From Eledone cirrhosa (lineage: Eukaryota), in NCBI GenBank assembly GCA_964016885.1, contig OZ024744.1, positions 70,370,001 through 70,434,000 of the forward strand: a DNA stretch of 64,000 nt, given 5' to 3'. The notes beneath the pieces are model-generated. The model was not told the origin of the DNA and searched no databases. It saw nothing but the letters and a program-made list of their open reading frames with translations. The translations under genes and the position numbers were made by a program. Position 1 is the first letter of the stretch. Every line of letters starts with the position of its first letter. This document shows, piece by piece, positions 14,292 to 27,075 of the stretch.

Positions 14292-14374
14292 TATATAGGT
14301 ATATAGGTATGTGCATGTTTGTGTGTGTATGAGTGTATGTGTGTGCGTGTATATATATATATATATATATAGCG

Positions 14375-14565
14375 AAGGAGGTGTAGTGGGGAACCAGATG
14401 GACCATAACGCACCAGAGAACTCAATACATCGGATAGTAGAGTGGGTAACAGGAAAAGGTTTGACCCCCGACGGCAGAGATCAAGCCGTTTCGACGGCTA
14501 TTTCTGGACGTCCAGAAATAGCCGCCGAAACGGCTTGAGCTCTGCCGTCGAGGTCAAACTTTTTC
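14375..14565. mobile_element. pLTR-like repeat with terminal palindrome (family also at ~26290, 42955-43135, 52245-52380)
   Basis: Shared CCATAACGCAC...GTAGAGTGGGTAA; palindrome carries GAAAC-GGC...GCC-GTC (hammerhead stem III half only). Confidence 0.6.
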
Positions 14566-14944
14566 TTATATTTATATATATATATATACACACACATATA
14601 TATATGAAAGTCTCCTACACTGTTTCAAAAGAAGAATTAATGCTTATGGCATTGTACCAGTGATATATTGGTGTGTCGGGGGGGGGGGGGGGTTATATTT
14701 TCTCCTTTTATTATCGGAATTTTACAGTATTATTTCTATTGTAGGGGATTTGCAACATAGAGTTACGTCCCTTTACGCCCTGAGTTCAAATCTCGCCGAT
14801 GTTAACTTTGTCTTTCATCCTTACGAGGTCGATAAAAAATAAGGCACCAGTAATGTACTGGGGTAAATGCTGGTCTTGTACCAAAAGTAGAAAAAAATTA
14901 TTTCTATTGAATATACAAATAAAATATTTTTCAAATCATCTTGG

Positions 14945-15310
14945 ACGTCACAACTTTGTCGCCTGGGTGACACAAACCCTGGAACTGCGGCCCGCCTGCA
15001 GAGGAAAGGAAGATAAATACCGGGGATTGCCCGGCCGCTTCCTCTTCACACTGGTACCCGCCGTCAAGACCTCAGGTGTACTTGGACCCCGTACTGCCGA
15101 GCTCCTCTGCAAGATCGGAACGTCAGCAGCCCGCCTGAGGAAGGTCCCCGTGAGGTGGGGTGGCTGTTGCAACTGGTATCGTTGGCCATAGTCCACAGAA
15201 ATGCTTTTGCCTTGTCTATCCCCAACACCGCTGCGCTCTAGGCCTAGACCCCATCACCCTTCCCATTCTTATGCCACCTTAGAGCCCTTGCCTTTCCCTT
15301 CCTTTTCCAT
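14945..15310 (+). mobile_element. CRE-like RLE LINE 3' fragment
   Basis: KEDKYRGL...FLF...AVKTSGVLGPRTAELLCKIG motif pattern. Confidence 0.6.
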
Positions 15311-15361
15311 TTTTAGATATAAATGAAATCATTATTGTCAATAACTTTAATCTGTACTAAT

Positions 15362-15822
15362 AATTGTTTCTACTTTTGGCACAAGGCCAGCAATTATCTC
15401 AGTGTATTACTGGTACTTTATTTTATCGACCCCGTAAGGATGAAAGGCACAGTTAACCTCGGCGGGATTTGAACTCAGATCATAAAGGGCCGCCGTAACT
15501 CTTTGCTGCAAAGCATGGCGAAGCAGAAGGCCAGTAATTTGGGGGGAGGGTAAGTCGATTAAATCGACTCCAGTACGTTACTGGTACTTTATTTTATCGA
15601 CCCTGTAAGGATGAAAGGCAAAGTTAACCTCGGCGGGATTCGAACTCAGAATGGCAAAGGCCGTAACTCTATGCGTCAAAGCATAGCGTCCGACCCTCTA
15701 CCGCTAATAATGAAATATAATTGTTTCTACTTTTTGGCACAAGGCCAACAATTACCCAGTGTATTACTGGTACTTTATTTTATCGACCCCGTAAGGATGA
15801 AAGGCAAAGTTAACCTCGGCGG
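15362..15822 (-). mobile_element. cluster of three SINE family A copies
   Basis: Repeated GGTACTTTATTTTATCGACCCCGTAAGGATGAAAGGC body. Confidence 0.9.
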
Positions 15823-16241
15823 GTACGCGAGATTGTTACGGTCGTATGTGGAAAATGCTGTACAGTTATTATAATATGAAATTTCTTAATACCTTACCGA
15901 AATAAATAATTATTTCCTATTTTTATTAAAATACCAGTAACGCATTGATATCGATTTAATCGACCCCCCCCCCCCCACTTCCCTTCTAATTGTAGAAACA
16001 ACTATTATACATACATACGAGGGCAGTGGATTGGTATTATCGGTAGAATGTCCAACAATATACCTTGCCGTTTATAGTTACACCCCTTTGCGTTTTGAGT
16101 TCAAATCCCGCCAATCTTAGCTTTATCTTTCAACCTTTGGGGGGTCGATAGATTAAGTATTAGTAATGTACTGTGGTTGAATTAATCGACTTTCTCCTTC
16201 CATTCAAATTGCTGTTGGCTTTGCGCCAAAAGTAGTATGTG

Positions 16242-16329
<88 letters not shown>

Positions 16330-16440
16330 CGTGCGTGTGGGGGGGGGGGCGTGCGTGTGTGTGTGTGTGTAAGAGATGAGCAGACCACCTTTTTAATTTT
16401 TTTTTGTCAGTCCCTCCTCACTCATTAATTTCTTATTTTA

Positions 16441-16476
16441 TTTTCTGATGAAGGACTAGCGGTCGAAACGTTAAGA
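16441..16476 (+). ncRNA. minimal hammerhead in a pLTR-like repeat
   Basis: CTGATGA 16445-16451, A-GGAC TAGC GGTC, GAAAC-GTT-AAGA; same family as 58609 and 49391. Confidence 0.65.
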
Positions 16477-16574
16477 AACTTTCCTTACTATATCAAGCGT
16501 AAAACTAATATATTACTTCATTGTATTGTGTCGTTTGCTTTGTTATTTCTGATTACATACATACATGCATACAT

Positions 16575-17222
16575 GGTGGCTGCCAACTCGTTTTTGGATG
16601 GCCATTGGCTCTTAAGAGCTCCTTTGCCCTTTGACAGGTTTTGTTTTTAGTCCTGCAGGATCTCCAAAGTCACCCTCCTCACCATGAAACCTTGGTGTGG
16701 TTGCCAGTTTAGTCGCCAACGACCCGACCATGAGACAGGTTGTACTGGCATACATGTTACCAGTAGCACCAACTGGTGACCTGACATACATACATACATA
16801 CATATATACATACATATTTACACACACACACATACATACATACATACATACATACATACATACATACATACATACATACATACATACATACATACGCACA
16901 CACATATACACACACATTCTCGCGCTCTCACATACACAGCCATACACACCCATCCATACACACGCACCCATACACACACCCATATCATACAAAATTATTG
17001 AACAACCTACGTAACTAGAGACAGAGATAGCAGACACACACGCACACATATACATACAAACAAACATACATACATACATACATACATACATACATACATA
17101 CATACATACATACATACATACATACATACATACATACATACATTATTGACACATAGTGCTGGGCCCATGGTACCATGTGATGACAAGTGCATGTTACCAG
17201 TAGCACCAACTGGTGACCTGAC
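16575..17222 (-). mobile_element. two internally deleted copies of the bipartite RTE-derived element (16575-16785, 17142-17222)
   Basis: Distant parts of 30637-31244 joined directly; separated by (TACA)n. Confidence 0.8.
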
Positions 17223-17307
17223 ATACATACATACATACATACATACATACATACATACATACATACATACATACATACATACATACATACATACATACAT
17301 ACATACA

Positions 17308-18232
17308 TAAATCTCTCACCCAGAGAATTCGGAAGATCCTATTCAATGTTCAAACAAGATAAAAAAATTGACCAATTTACAGAAAAAGTTGTGCATGGAT
17401 ACTTGAGGCGTAAAACACAGACCATAGAGGGGATAAACCACTCAAAAAGCCTGGCATGGAGTTCCGACAAGTTTATGACATCACACATTGAGGGATATCT
17501 CTATGCAATACAGGAACAAGAACTCCCTACCAAATATCTGCTGCACAAAAGAGGAGGGCCAGCAGCTGACAATAAATGTAGGTTATGTAAAACAAAGATC
17601 GAGGATGTAAGCCACATTGTTGCCAGCTGCGAAAGAATGTCATCTCGCTACTACCTCCCCATGAAACACGATGGGATAGCTAGAACCATCTGGAACGCAC
17701 TTCGGAAAACAAAATTAACAACAAGCGAGGAAGAATATATTGAGACAGATGGCACTAAGGAATACTGGTGGAACCTGAAAATAAAAACTGCCACCAAATT
17801 AAAGCACAGCCGGCTTGATATTGTTGTTTGGGACCACACATTGAAAACGTGTTCTGTTGTGGAGATCAGCTGCCCACTTGATGTAAACATTCTCAGAAAA
17901 ATACAGGAGAAGGAGGACATCTACGGACCATTGATGAGGAATTTACAAATCCAGTATCCAAGATACATCTTTAGCTTCATACCCATCATTATTGGAGCTA
18001 CGGGGTATATACCAACCCGCTTGGACCAAAGTATGACTGAACTTGGATTTGCGGACAAAAATCGCAGCTCCCTAATTCATAGTCTACAAATGGCTGCGAT
18101 AGCTGGCACCTTCAAAATTTGCAAAACATTCTTGCGATTCAAGGGATGACAATTTCTTTCCTTTTACAACCTTGCCACCAGGAAGGTGGCCGGTCCAAAA
18201 AAATATACTCGAAATTAAGAGAAAGAGATAAC
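17308..18232 (+). mobile_element. 5'-truncated R4/Dong-type LINE 3' end (CCHC knuckle + RLE; ORF 17346-18149)
   Basis: CRLCKTKIEDVSHIVASC, (R/K)HD, D-IVVWD..VVEISCP..KEDIY; 3'UTR hairpin GCCACC/GGTGGC; (TACA)n on both flanks. Confidence 0.9.
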
Positions 18233-18738
18233 ATACATACATACATACATATATACAGATACAAAATTATATTTTAAAAACCTACATAGTTAGATAGAGA
18301 TAGAGATAGACAAACATATACTTAACTCTTTATTTTAATTATTTTCCTTTTATTTCCCTTATATTTAAATAAAAAAAGATTATACATCTACACGCAAGAT
18401 CTTCCGGCAACTGGTGGTATAGCCTCTCTATTTATCCAGATATAATTATGAGTAAAAACATGAATACCCCCTGACCCACCCGACTGGTTCATTCCAGTTA
18501 TGAAGGTTACCAGGTGGTATCAGATTTAATTTTTAAAACATTTGCACCTCAATGTATTTGGCTGGCTGGTGAGTGAGTAGAGTGGTAGAGTTTTTTTTTC
18601 TGGCATCGTATTACGTTTCTAGTGAATTATTATTATCTAGTCCGGCACAACAACAGATAATGCGACACGGGTCTAGAACTGAGGGTGCCAGAATATTGGT
18701 GTTGAATCTGTAGACATACTTATATATATATATATATA

Positions 18739-18787
18739 TCGCTCTGAGGATTCCTGCCCCACGGTATGGATGAAACATTGTTAGCGA
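18739..18787 (+). ncRNA. type I hammerhead ribozyme
   Basis: Stem I TCGCT/AGCGA; CTGAGGA 18744-18750; stem II TCC..TGCC CCAC GGTA..GGA; GAAA 18772-18775; ACATTGT; GUU site at 18782. Confidence 0.7.
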
Positions 18788-18959
18788 ATAAAAATTGTAT
18801 AAGTATGTAGGCGTTATTTGATTTATTTTATCTATATGTATATATTTATATATATATAAATTATTTACCTGTCAATATTATTACAACAATAGTTCCTGTA
18901 CACAGCTAAGTATTCTATAAGTCTCTAGCTGTGTCATTCTCGATAAAAGCACTGGATAT

Positions 18960-19002
18960 GTAGTCCTGATGATTTCTAACGAGAATGAAACGCGTAGATT
19001 AC
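18960..19002 (+). ncRNA. type I hammerhead ribozyme, unit 1
   Basis: GTAGTC-CTGATGA-T TTCT AACG AGAA T-GAAA-CGCGTA-GATTAC; predicted cleavage after 18996. Confidence 0.88.
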
Positions 19003-19269
19003 TTCCCTTGCTTTTATCGAGAATCTAATTGTAATACGTGACGTATTCTATTCTATAGCGATTAGGTCTTCAAAATGTTTATTATAAACATACAGAATAT
19101 TTTCGAATATTCTATGTCTATATTCACATATATATCGCTATTTCAGAGCATTTATTCCAATTTCTAATTTCTGCCGGACCGGCAACCGCTCTTTCAAACC
19201 AGTTCCTGTACACAGCTAAGTATTCTATAAGTCTCTAGCTGTGTCATTCTCGATAAAAGCACTGGATAT

Positions 19270-19312
19270 GTAGTCCTGATGATTTCTAACGAGAATGAAA
19301 CGCGTAGATTAC
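19270..19312 (+). ncRNA. type I hammerhead ribozyme, unit 2
   Basis: Same as unit 1 (+310). Confidence 0.88.
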
Positions 19313-19579
19313 TTCCCTTGCTTTTATCGAGAATCTAATTGTAATACGTGACGTATTCTATTCTATAGCGATTAGGTCTTCAAAATGTTTATTATAAACA
19401 TACAGAATATTTTCGAATATTCTATGTCTATATTCACATATATATCGCTATTTCAGAGCATTTATTCCAATTTCTAATTTCTGCCGGACCGGCAACCGCT
19501 CTTTCAAACCAGTTCCTGTACACAGCTAAGTATTCTATAAGTCTCTAGCTGTGTCATTCTCGATAAAAGCACTGGATAT

Positions 19580-19622
19580 GTAGTCCTGATGATTTCTAAC
19601 GAGAATGAAACGCGTAGATTAC
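19580..19622 (+). ncRNA. type I hammerhead ribozyme, unit 3
   Basis: Same as unit 1 (+620). Confidence 0.88.
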
Positions 19623-19889
19623 TTCCCTTGCTTTTATCGAGAATCTAATTGTAATACGTGACGTATTCTATTCTATAGCGATTAGGTCTTCAAAATGTTT
19701 ATTATAAACATACAGAATATTTTCGAATATTCTATGTCTATATTCACATATATATCGCTATTTCAGAGCATTTATTCCAATTTCTAATTTCTGCCGGACC
19801 GGCAACCGCTCTTTCAAACCAGTTCCTGTACACAGCTAAGTATTCTATAAGTCTCTAGCTGTGTCATTCTCGATAAAAGCACTGGATAT

Positions 19890-19932
19890 GTAGTCCTGAT
19901 GATTTCTAACGAGAATGAAACGCGTAGATTAC
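19890..19932 (+). ncRNA. type I hammerhead ribozyme, unit 4
   Basis: Same as unit 1 (+930). Confidence 0.88.
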
Positions 19933-20199
19933 TTCCCTTGCTTTTATCGAGAATCTAATTGTAATACGTGACGTATTCTATTCTATAGCGATTAGGTCTT
20001 CAAAATGTTTATTATAAACATACAGAATATTTTCGAATATTCTATGTCTATATTCACATATATATCGCTATTTCAGAGCATTTATTCCAATTTCTAATTT
20101 CTGCCGGACCGGCAACCGCTCTTTCAAACCAGTTCCTGTACACAGCTAAGTATTCTATAAGTCTCTAGCTGTGTCATTCTCGATAAAAGCACTGGATAT

Positions 20200-20242
20200 G
20201 TAGTCCTGATGATTTCTAACGAGAATGAAACGCGTAGATTAC
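20200..20242 (+). ncRNA. type I hammerhead ribozyme, unit 5
   Basis: Same as unit 1 (+1240). Confidence 0.88.
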
Positions 20243-20362
20243 TTCCCTTGCTTTTATCGAGAATCTAATTGTAATACGTGACGTATTCTATTCTATAGCG
20301 ATTAGGTCTTCAAAATGTTTATTATAAACATACAGAATATTTTCGAATATTCTATGTCTATA

Positions 20363-20403
<41 letters not shown>

Positions 20404-20416
20404 ATATATATATAAT

Positions 20417-20583
20417 AATTGTTTCTACTTTTGGCACAAGGCCAGCAATTACCCAGTACATTACTGGTACTTTATTTTATCGACCCCGTAAGGATGAAAG
20501 GCAAAGTTAACCTTGGCGGGATTTGAATTCAGATCATAAAGGGGCGTAACTCTATGCTTCAAAGCATGGCGTCCGACTCTCTA
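20417..20583 (-). mobile_element. SINE family A
   Basis: Family body motif. Confidence 0.9.
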
Positions 20584-20706
20584 CATAATATAATATATAC
20601 ATACATATATATATATATGAGTGTGTTTGTGTGTGTGTCTGTGTCTGTGCACATGCACATGCAGATATATATATACATCTGCATGTAAATATACATAAAC
20701 ACGCCT

Positions 20707-20808
<102 letters not shown>

Positions 20809-21185
20809 GCACATATGTGTGTCTGTGCGTGGCGTGTATTGGTGTATCTAGGCGAGAATGTATATACGCTTACAAATATTCACACATACAAGATAAGGAA
20901 AAGATTAAAATAGAAAATGTGGGGTGTATAGTTTCTTTGAATGAGAATTTAATACTAGTAGAACGATGTTAGATTGGGACACACACTCACACACTCAGAC
21001 ATGTGTGTATATATATATATTTGTGCATATGGGTATAGCCATATATTTGTACATATGGGTATATATATATATATATTTGTGCATATGGGTATAGCCATAT
21101 ATTTGTACATATGGGTATAGACATATATTTGTACATATGGGTATATATATATTTGCACACACACACACATACATATATATATGTT

Positions 21186-21238
21186 TACTGCTATATATAT
21201 TTCGATGATAGCCATTGAATGGCTATGACCTCATCAGG

Positions 21239-21243
<5 letters not shown>
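21186..21243 (-). ncRNA. type I hammerhead with (AT)n stem III
   Basis: Minus strand: TATAGC-CTGATGA-GGTCATAGCCA TTCAA TGGCTATCATC-GAAA-TATATAT-A-GCAGTA. Confidence 0.7.
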
Positions 21244-21333
<90 letters not shown>

Positions 21334-21441
21334 ATATATATATATATCACATACATATACATATATATATTTATTTATATTACACACTCACAAACACACG
21401 TGTATATATACATAACTATATAGGTGTGTGTCTGTATAAAT

Positions 21442-21513
<72 letters not shown>

Positions 21514-22086
21514 ATAGATAAATGAAGAGCCATGGCTGTGTGGTTAAGGTGTTCGCTCTGCAACAACGGAGTTCTGGTTTCAGTCCCACAGTGGGACTAG
21601 ATCAAACAATTTCTATCACAGCTATGCCTTTGAGTAGAATTTGCTAGATTAACATAGCCTCTTATCGTTGCTGTTGAATCCTAGAAAGAGAAAGAGCATT
21701 ATATATGCATATGTGTGAAGAAGACACCACAAAACTATACACATATATTAGTACTTGATATATTAGTTTAACACATAATATTCGGATACTAACGTTTCGG
21801 ATATTAATCATTCATCAGAAGATAGGACGAAAAATGAAAGGAGAAATAGAAGAGGGAATAGAGAAAGGAACAGAAAAAGAATTGCTTTAAAGAAATATAC
21901 TGGTTTTAGACTTCAAACTGCGGTCATACTGGGGCACCGACATGATTTGATCGGTTACATCGACCAAAAGCACTTATATATTTTTAGGTCTGGTACTTAT
22001 TCTATAGATTTCTTTTTCTTTATTTGTCGAATTGTTAAGTAACCGAAAAAACACACACACACTCTCTCTCTCTTTCTCCAACACAT

Positions 22087-22164
<78 letters not shown>

Positions 22165-22190
22165 TGTATATATATATATATATATATATG

Positions 22191-22242
<52 letters not shown>

Positions 22243-22282
22243 TGTATATATACACTATATATACACTATATATATATATACA

Positions 22283-22348
<66 letters not shown>

Positions 22349-22349
22349 T

Positions 22350-22380
<31 letters not shown>

Positions 22381-22393
22381 TTATATATATATT

Positions 22394-22424
<31 letters not shown>

Positions 22425-22425
22425 T

Positions 22426-22458
<33 letters not shown>

Positions 22459-22524
22459 TTATATATATATTTATATATATATTTATATATATATATATAA
22501 AAGTAGAAACATTTATTATCATTA

Positions 22525-22712
22525 TGTGGATTGGCAGTATCGGTAGAGATCGGATGCCATGCTTTGAAGCATAGAGTTGCGTCCCTTTATGATCTGAGTT
22601 CAAATCCCGCCGAGGTTAACTTTGCCTTTCATCCTTACGGGGGTCGATAAAATAAAGTACCAGTAATGTACTGTGATAATTGCTGGCCTTGTGCCTAAAA
22701 TAGAAACAATTA
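22525..22712 (+). mobile_element. SINE family A
   Basis: A-box TGGCAGTATCGG, B-box GAGTTCAAATCC, family body. Confidence 0.9.
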
Positions 22713-22910
22713 TCATTATATATATATATATATGTGTGTGTGTGAGTGAATGTGTGTGTATGTGTATGTATGTGTGTGAATTAATAAAATACGGTGGCGA
22801 TTGAAAATTTTGAAAATAGAACACCCACGCTAAAGCCCATTTTTTCCGTTATGAGGATTCATATACCTTGATATTGGACCATGTTCTATTGGCAAAACTT
22901 CTAATTCTTT

Positions 22911-22941
<31 letters not shown>

Positions 22942-23019
22942 TCATATATATATAATGTTTTCTTTATATATATATGAATGTGCGTGTGTGTGTGTGTGTG
23001 TGGGCGCTAATAATAATAA

Positions 23020-23285
23020 ATGTTTCTTCTTTTGGTACAAGGCCAGCAATTGTTCCAGTGTATTACTGGTACTTTATTTTACCGACCCCGTAAGGATGAA
23101 AGGCAAAGTTAACCTCGGTGGGATTTGAACTCAGACCATAACGGGCCGTAATTTCTCTGCTGCAAACCAAGGCGTCCGACCCTCTACCGATTCTGCCACA
23201 CTATTAACCATAATAATGGTTTCTTATATAGGCACAAGGCCAGCAATTTTGGGGATGGGGAAAGTCGATTAAATCGACCCAGGAA
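23020..23285 (-). mobile_element. SINE family A plus an adjacent tail fragment
   Basis: Family body motif. Confidence 0.85.
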
Positions 23286-23607
23286 GAATTGGTCAGAGGA
23301 ATAAATTTATTGAGATCTCATTCTTTTATATATGTATATATATATATATCTGTGTGTGTGTATGAGTATTTTCTGTGTATTTGTGTATGTATGTGTGTGT
23401 GTGTGTGTGTGTGTGTATGCTCTTGTATGTGTCGTTGTCTTTCGAAATTTAATGCTCAAAATGTTTTCACCGAGGAGGTGTAATAGAGGTGAAAAATAAA
23501 TCCGTTTATATTCATCATTTCTGTTAAAATGCCAAGTTTCACTTTCTCAACCATGTTCCCTTATTTGAAAGGTCATAGTTTATATTGTCCCCAATAAGTG
23601 TGTATAT

Positions 23608-23683
<76 letters not shown>

Positions 23684-23798
23684 CACACATAACACATATT
23701 AAACGCCAAAGCAAAATAGCAAACTTATATTCACAGCAATATAATCACACGCGCGCACACATCTACATACGTCCTCTCTCTCTCTATATATATATATA

Positions 23799-23877
23799 CA
23801 GGATGTCCCTCAAAAAATTGTATACACACGTTGAATAGAATGCTGTTGAAATGTGTATACATTTTTGTGACACCCTG
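23799..23877. mobile_element. Tc1/mariner-type MITE
   Basis: TA-CAGGATGTCC...AAAAATTGTATACAC / GTGTATACATTTTTGTGACACCCTG-TA: TIRs with a TA TSD. Confidence 0.7.
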
Positions 23878-24535
23878 TATATAAATGAGTGTGTATGTGT
23901 GTATGTGTGAGAATCTATCTATCTAAATATATATATACACACATATATATATATATGTGTGTGTGTGTGTATGTGTGTGTGTGTGTGTGTATTACGTGTA
24001 TGTGTGTGTGTATTACGTCTATAATTCAATTTAAACTGCACAAACACACAAACACAAACATAAAAACACACATCAAAGTTCAAATCACCACCATCTGTAT
24101 CTACGGGCCAAAAGCAAGGACCAGACCATAAACCAAAACATAGAGTCGGCGTAGCGGGGGCGGGAATTGGGCAACAGGCGGGGAGGAATGGAACACTGAA
24201 TTGAAGAGACAGGGGTCAGCTGTCCCCTGTAAACTTAGACACAGACACACACACATGCACACACACACACAGACACACACACACGCACAGAAACGCACAT
24301 ATATTCAGACATGCAGATACTCATTCACTCTCCCTGTCACACATACACACACATATGTATGTGAATATATATATAAATATATATATACAAACACATACAC
24401 ACATGTATACGTAAAGATATATGCTTCTGCATACATATATACACGTTTCCTAATATATTAAATGGTTTCGCACTTTGAAAATGGCACCAGATTTTGTATA
24501 TTCCGCCTTTGATCTGTAGTTACGTCTAATGTGTT

Positions 24536-24582
<47 letters not shown>

Positions 24583-24743
24583 GTGTGTGTGTATGTGTGT
24601 GTGTGTGTGAGTGTGTCTGTGCGCGTGTGTGTGGATGTGTGTGTATATATATATATATATAATATATAAACACATATATATATATATATATATACATGTG
24701 TGTGTGTAAATGTACACACACACGCGCACACACACACACATAT

Positions 24744-24780
<37 letters not shown>

Positions 24781-24825
24781 CTTATATTATTATACACACA
24801 GGCATAGACATTTTATTACTAGTTT

Positions 24826-24865
<40 letters not shown>

Positions 24866-25182
24866 CTTGTATGTAGGCGCGCATACATGCACTGAAAGTC
24901 AGGTTCTTCAATAACACACTTTACTGTACTCGTTCCGGCTTCCTTTGGTTTGAGTTCAAATCCCGGCGCAGTTCAACTCCAATTACTCCGATCGAATTTT
25001 TCTCTGGTTCTTTGAGCCTCTCTCCCCTACGCTCTCTCTCTCACGCTTTTTCCCTCTCCCTCTCCATTTCTTCCTCTCTCTCTTGATGCCAAAAGAGTGA
25101 TTGTGAGTAACTACTCAAAGTGTTCCTTTCACTAGGAATCAAAAAGCGTTGGCCGAGCTACTAAAAACATATATATATACAT

Positions 25183-25263
<81 letters not shown>

Positions 25264-25315
25264 TATATATATATATATAATATATATATAATATATATAT
25301 ATGTATATATATATG

Positions 25316-26008
25316 TGGCCCGCAGAATATGTTCCTGGATTCTCAGAACCTTCCAGTCGAGAGATATCCACACTGTTATCCTTCTCTTCTCCACTTTTGC
25401 CCGACCCCACCTTGAATACTGTTGTCCTCCACTGTACTGTGGTCTCCCCACACGAAGCAAAGTATCATGAAAGTTGAAGCACCCCAAAGGTCAATTACAA
25501 AAAAGATAGTTGGCATGACAGGCCTTAACTATTGGGGTCGATTAGAAAAGCTCAAACTTTATTCTCTCCAACGTCGCCGTGAGCGCTACATTATCTGCAT
25601 GATGTGGAAATTATTCCATCAGCTTTGCCCAAATGATCTTGGCATCACCTTTAATGTACACCCAAGGCTTGGGCCCCGTGCTCTCCGCTCACGGCAAAAA
25701 TCTCACTCGCATCTCATAATAACAATACGGCACAATTATTTCACCTCAATTGGCCCTGCACTCTTTAAAATTACACCAAAACACATCAAAGCAGAGACAG
25801 ACCCCATCAACTTCAAGAAGTCTTTGTTCCTTCAAGAAACCCCGGATAAGCCTCCTACACCCGGATATGCCTCCGTAAACAATAACTCTCTGCTCGAGTG
25901 GGCCATGGTGCCCAAACACTGATTTGTAAGACTTCGCCAGGTGGTGCTATTAAGTTAGACAAGGCCTGGGCCAATACTGGCAGAAACCTATCAAAGTTAT
26001 CAAAGTTA
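25316..26008 (+). mobile_element. CR1/L2-group LINE 3' end (related relic at ~59180-59440)
   Basis: HLEYCC..WSPH...YWGRLEKLKLYSLQRRRER; short (TATCAAAGT)n tail. Confidence 0.85.
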
Positions 26009-26017
26009 TATATATAT

Positions 26018-26098
<81 letters not shown>

Positions 26099-26243
26099 TA
26101 TATATACATATGCATTATTGCTTGTGGGTATCTGATGAAAGTGCACGTGCGTGTGAGAGTATTTTTTTTGTATGTGTGTATGTGTGTGTATGTGTATGTA
26201 CATGTGTGTGTGTCTGTGGATTCTTATATACTTACACGTGCAC

Positions 26244-26291
<48 letters not shown>

Positions 26292-26340
26292 AAAATTCTG
26301 GATCACGACGGCTGAGCTCCGGCCGTTTCAACAACTAGAT

Positions 26341-26426
<86 letters not shown>

Positions 26427-26429
26427 GTG

Positions 26430-27075
26430 GTTTCTGATGGCCAATATTCTGATCCATTCCGAATTACAAATGGAACTAAAGAAAGCTTTATTATTGCCCT
26501 TTATTATTTCCCCTCGTCTACCCTTTAATGCTTAAGTATGAATTTGGTGACTGTGGAGATGGTGCAGATTTTTAGTTACGCTATAGCACAGATCTGTTCA
26601 AAAAACAAACACTGAAACTAGGCTTGAACAGATACGTGAGATATGTTTTGCCGGTGACTGTGCCCCTTGTTACTCATTCTTTAGAAAAGATGCCAAACCA
26701 TATACATTTTCTGAGGCATTTAAGGCGTTTGGTCTTAGCGTTAGCCTCACAATTACAGAACTGTTGGTAAACCCCTCATCTGGTATGCTAGATGCAACAT
26801 TTTCTCTAGCGGCAACCTGGTGCAGTCTGTGACTAATCCAGGCTCTGCTGCATTTCGGGCCGAGGAAGGTAAACTCTCCAAATATCGCTTGCTCTCCGAC
26901 AGTGGAAACTACCTCCTTACTCGCCGCCATCGGCACAGAGTTGGTTAGCCGCAAGTGTGAGCCCCGCGAGCTGGAATGGCTCTTCCAACGCGTATCTCCC
27001 CCCCCACCCCACCCCCCAGGGAAATATGCCTTCTCTATTCTGTCCGGGGCGGCTAGCGCGTGGGTCTCCGTTTGC
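26430..27075 (+). mobile_element. decayed RTE-type RT fragment followed by a CRE-like RLE fragment
   Basis: AFGLSVSL and DCALV remnants; AAFRAEEGKLSKYRLL and EPRELEWLFQRVS. Confidence 0.5.

Larger units (their letters stand above)
18891..20366 (+). repeat. tandem array of 310-bp hammerhead-containing units (~4.8 copies; retrozyme/satellite-like)
   Basis: AGTTCCTGTACACAGC restarts at 18891, 19201, 19511, 19821 and 20131; no differences between units seen by eye. Confidence 0.97.

Noticed and set aside
24140-24240. GC-box-rich patch as a promoter
   Set aside because: No downstream gene or other support
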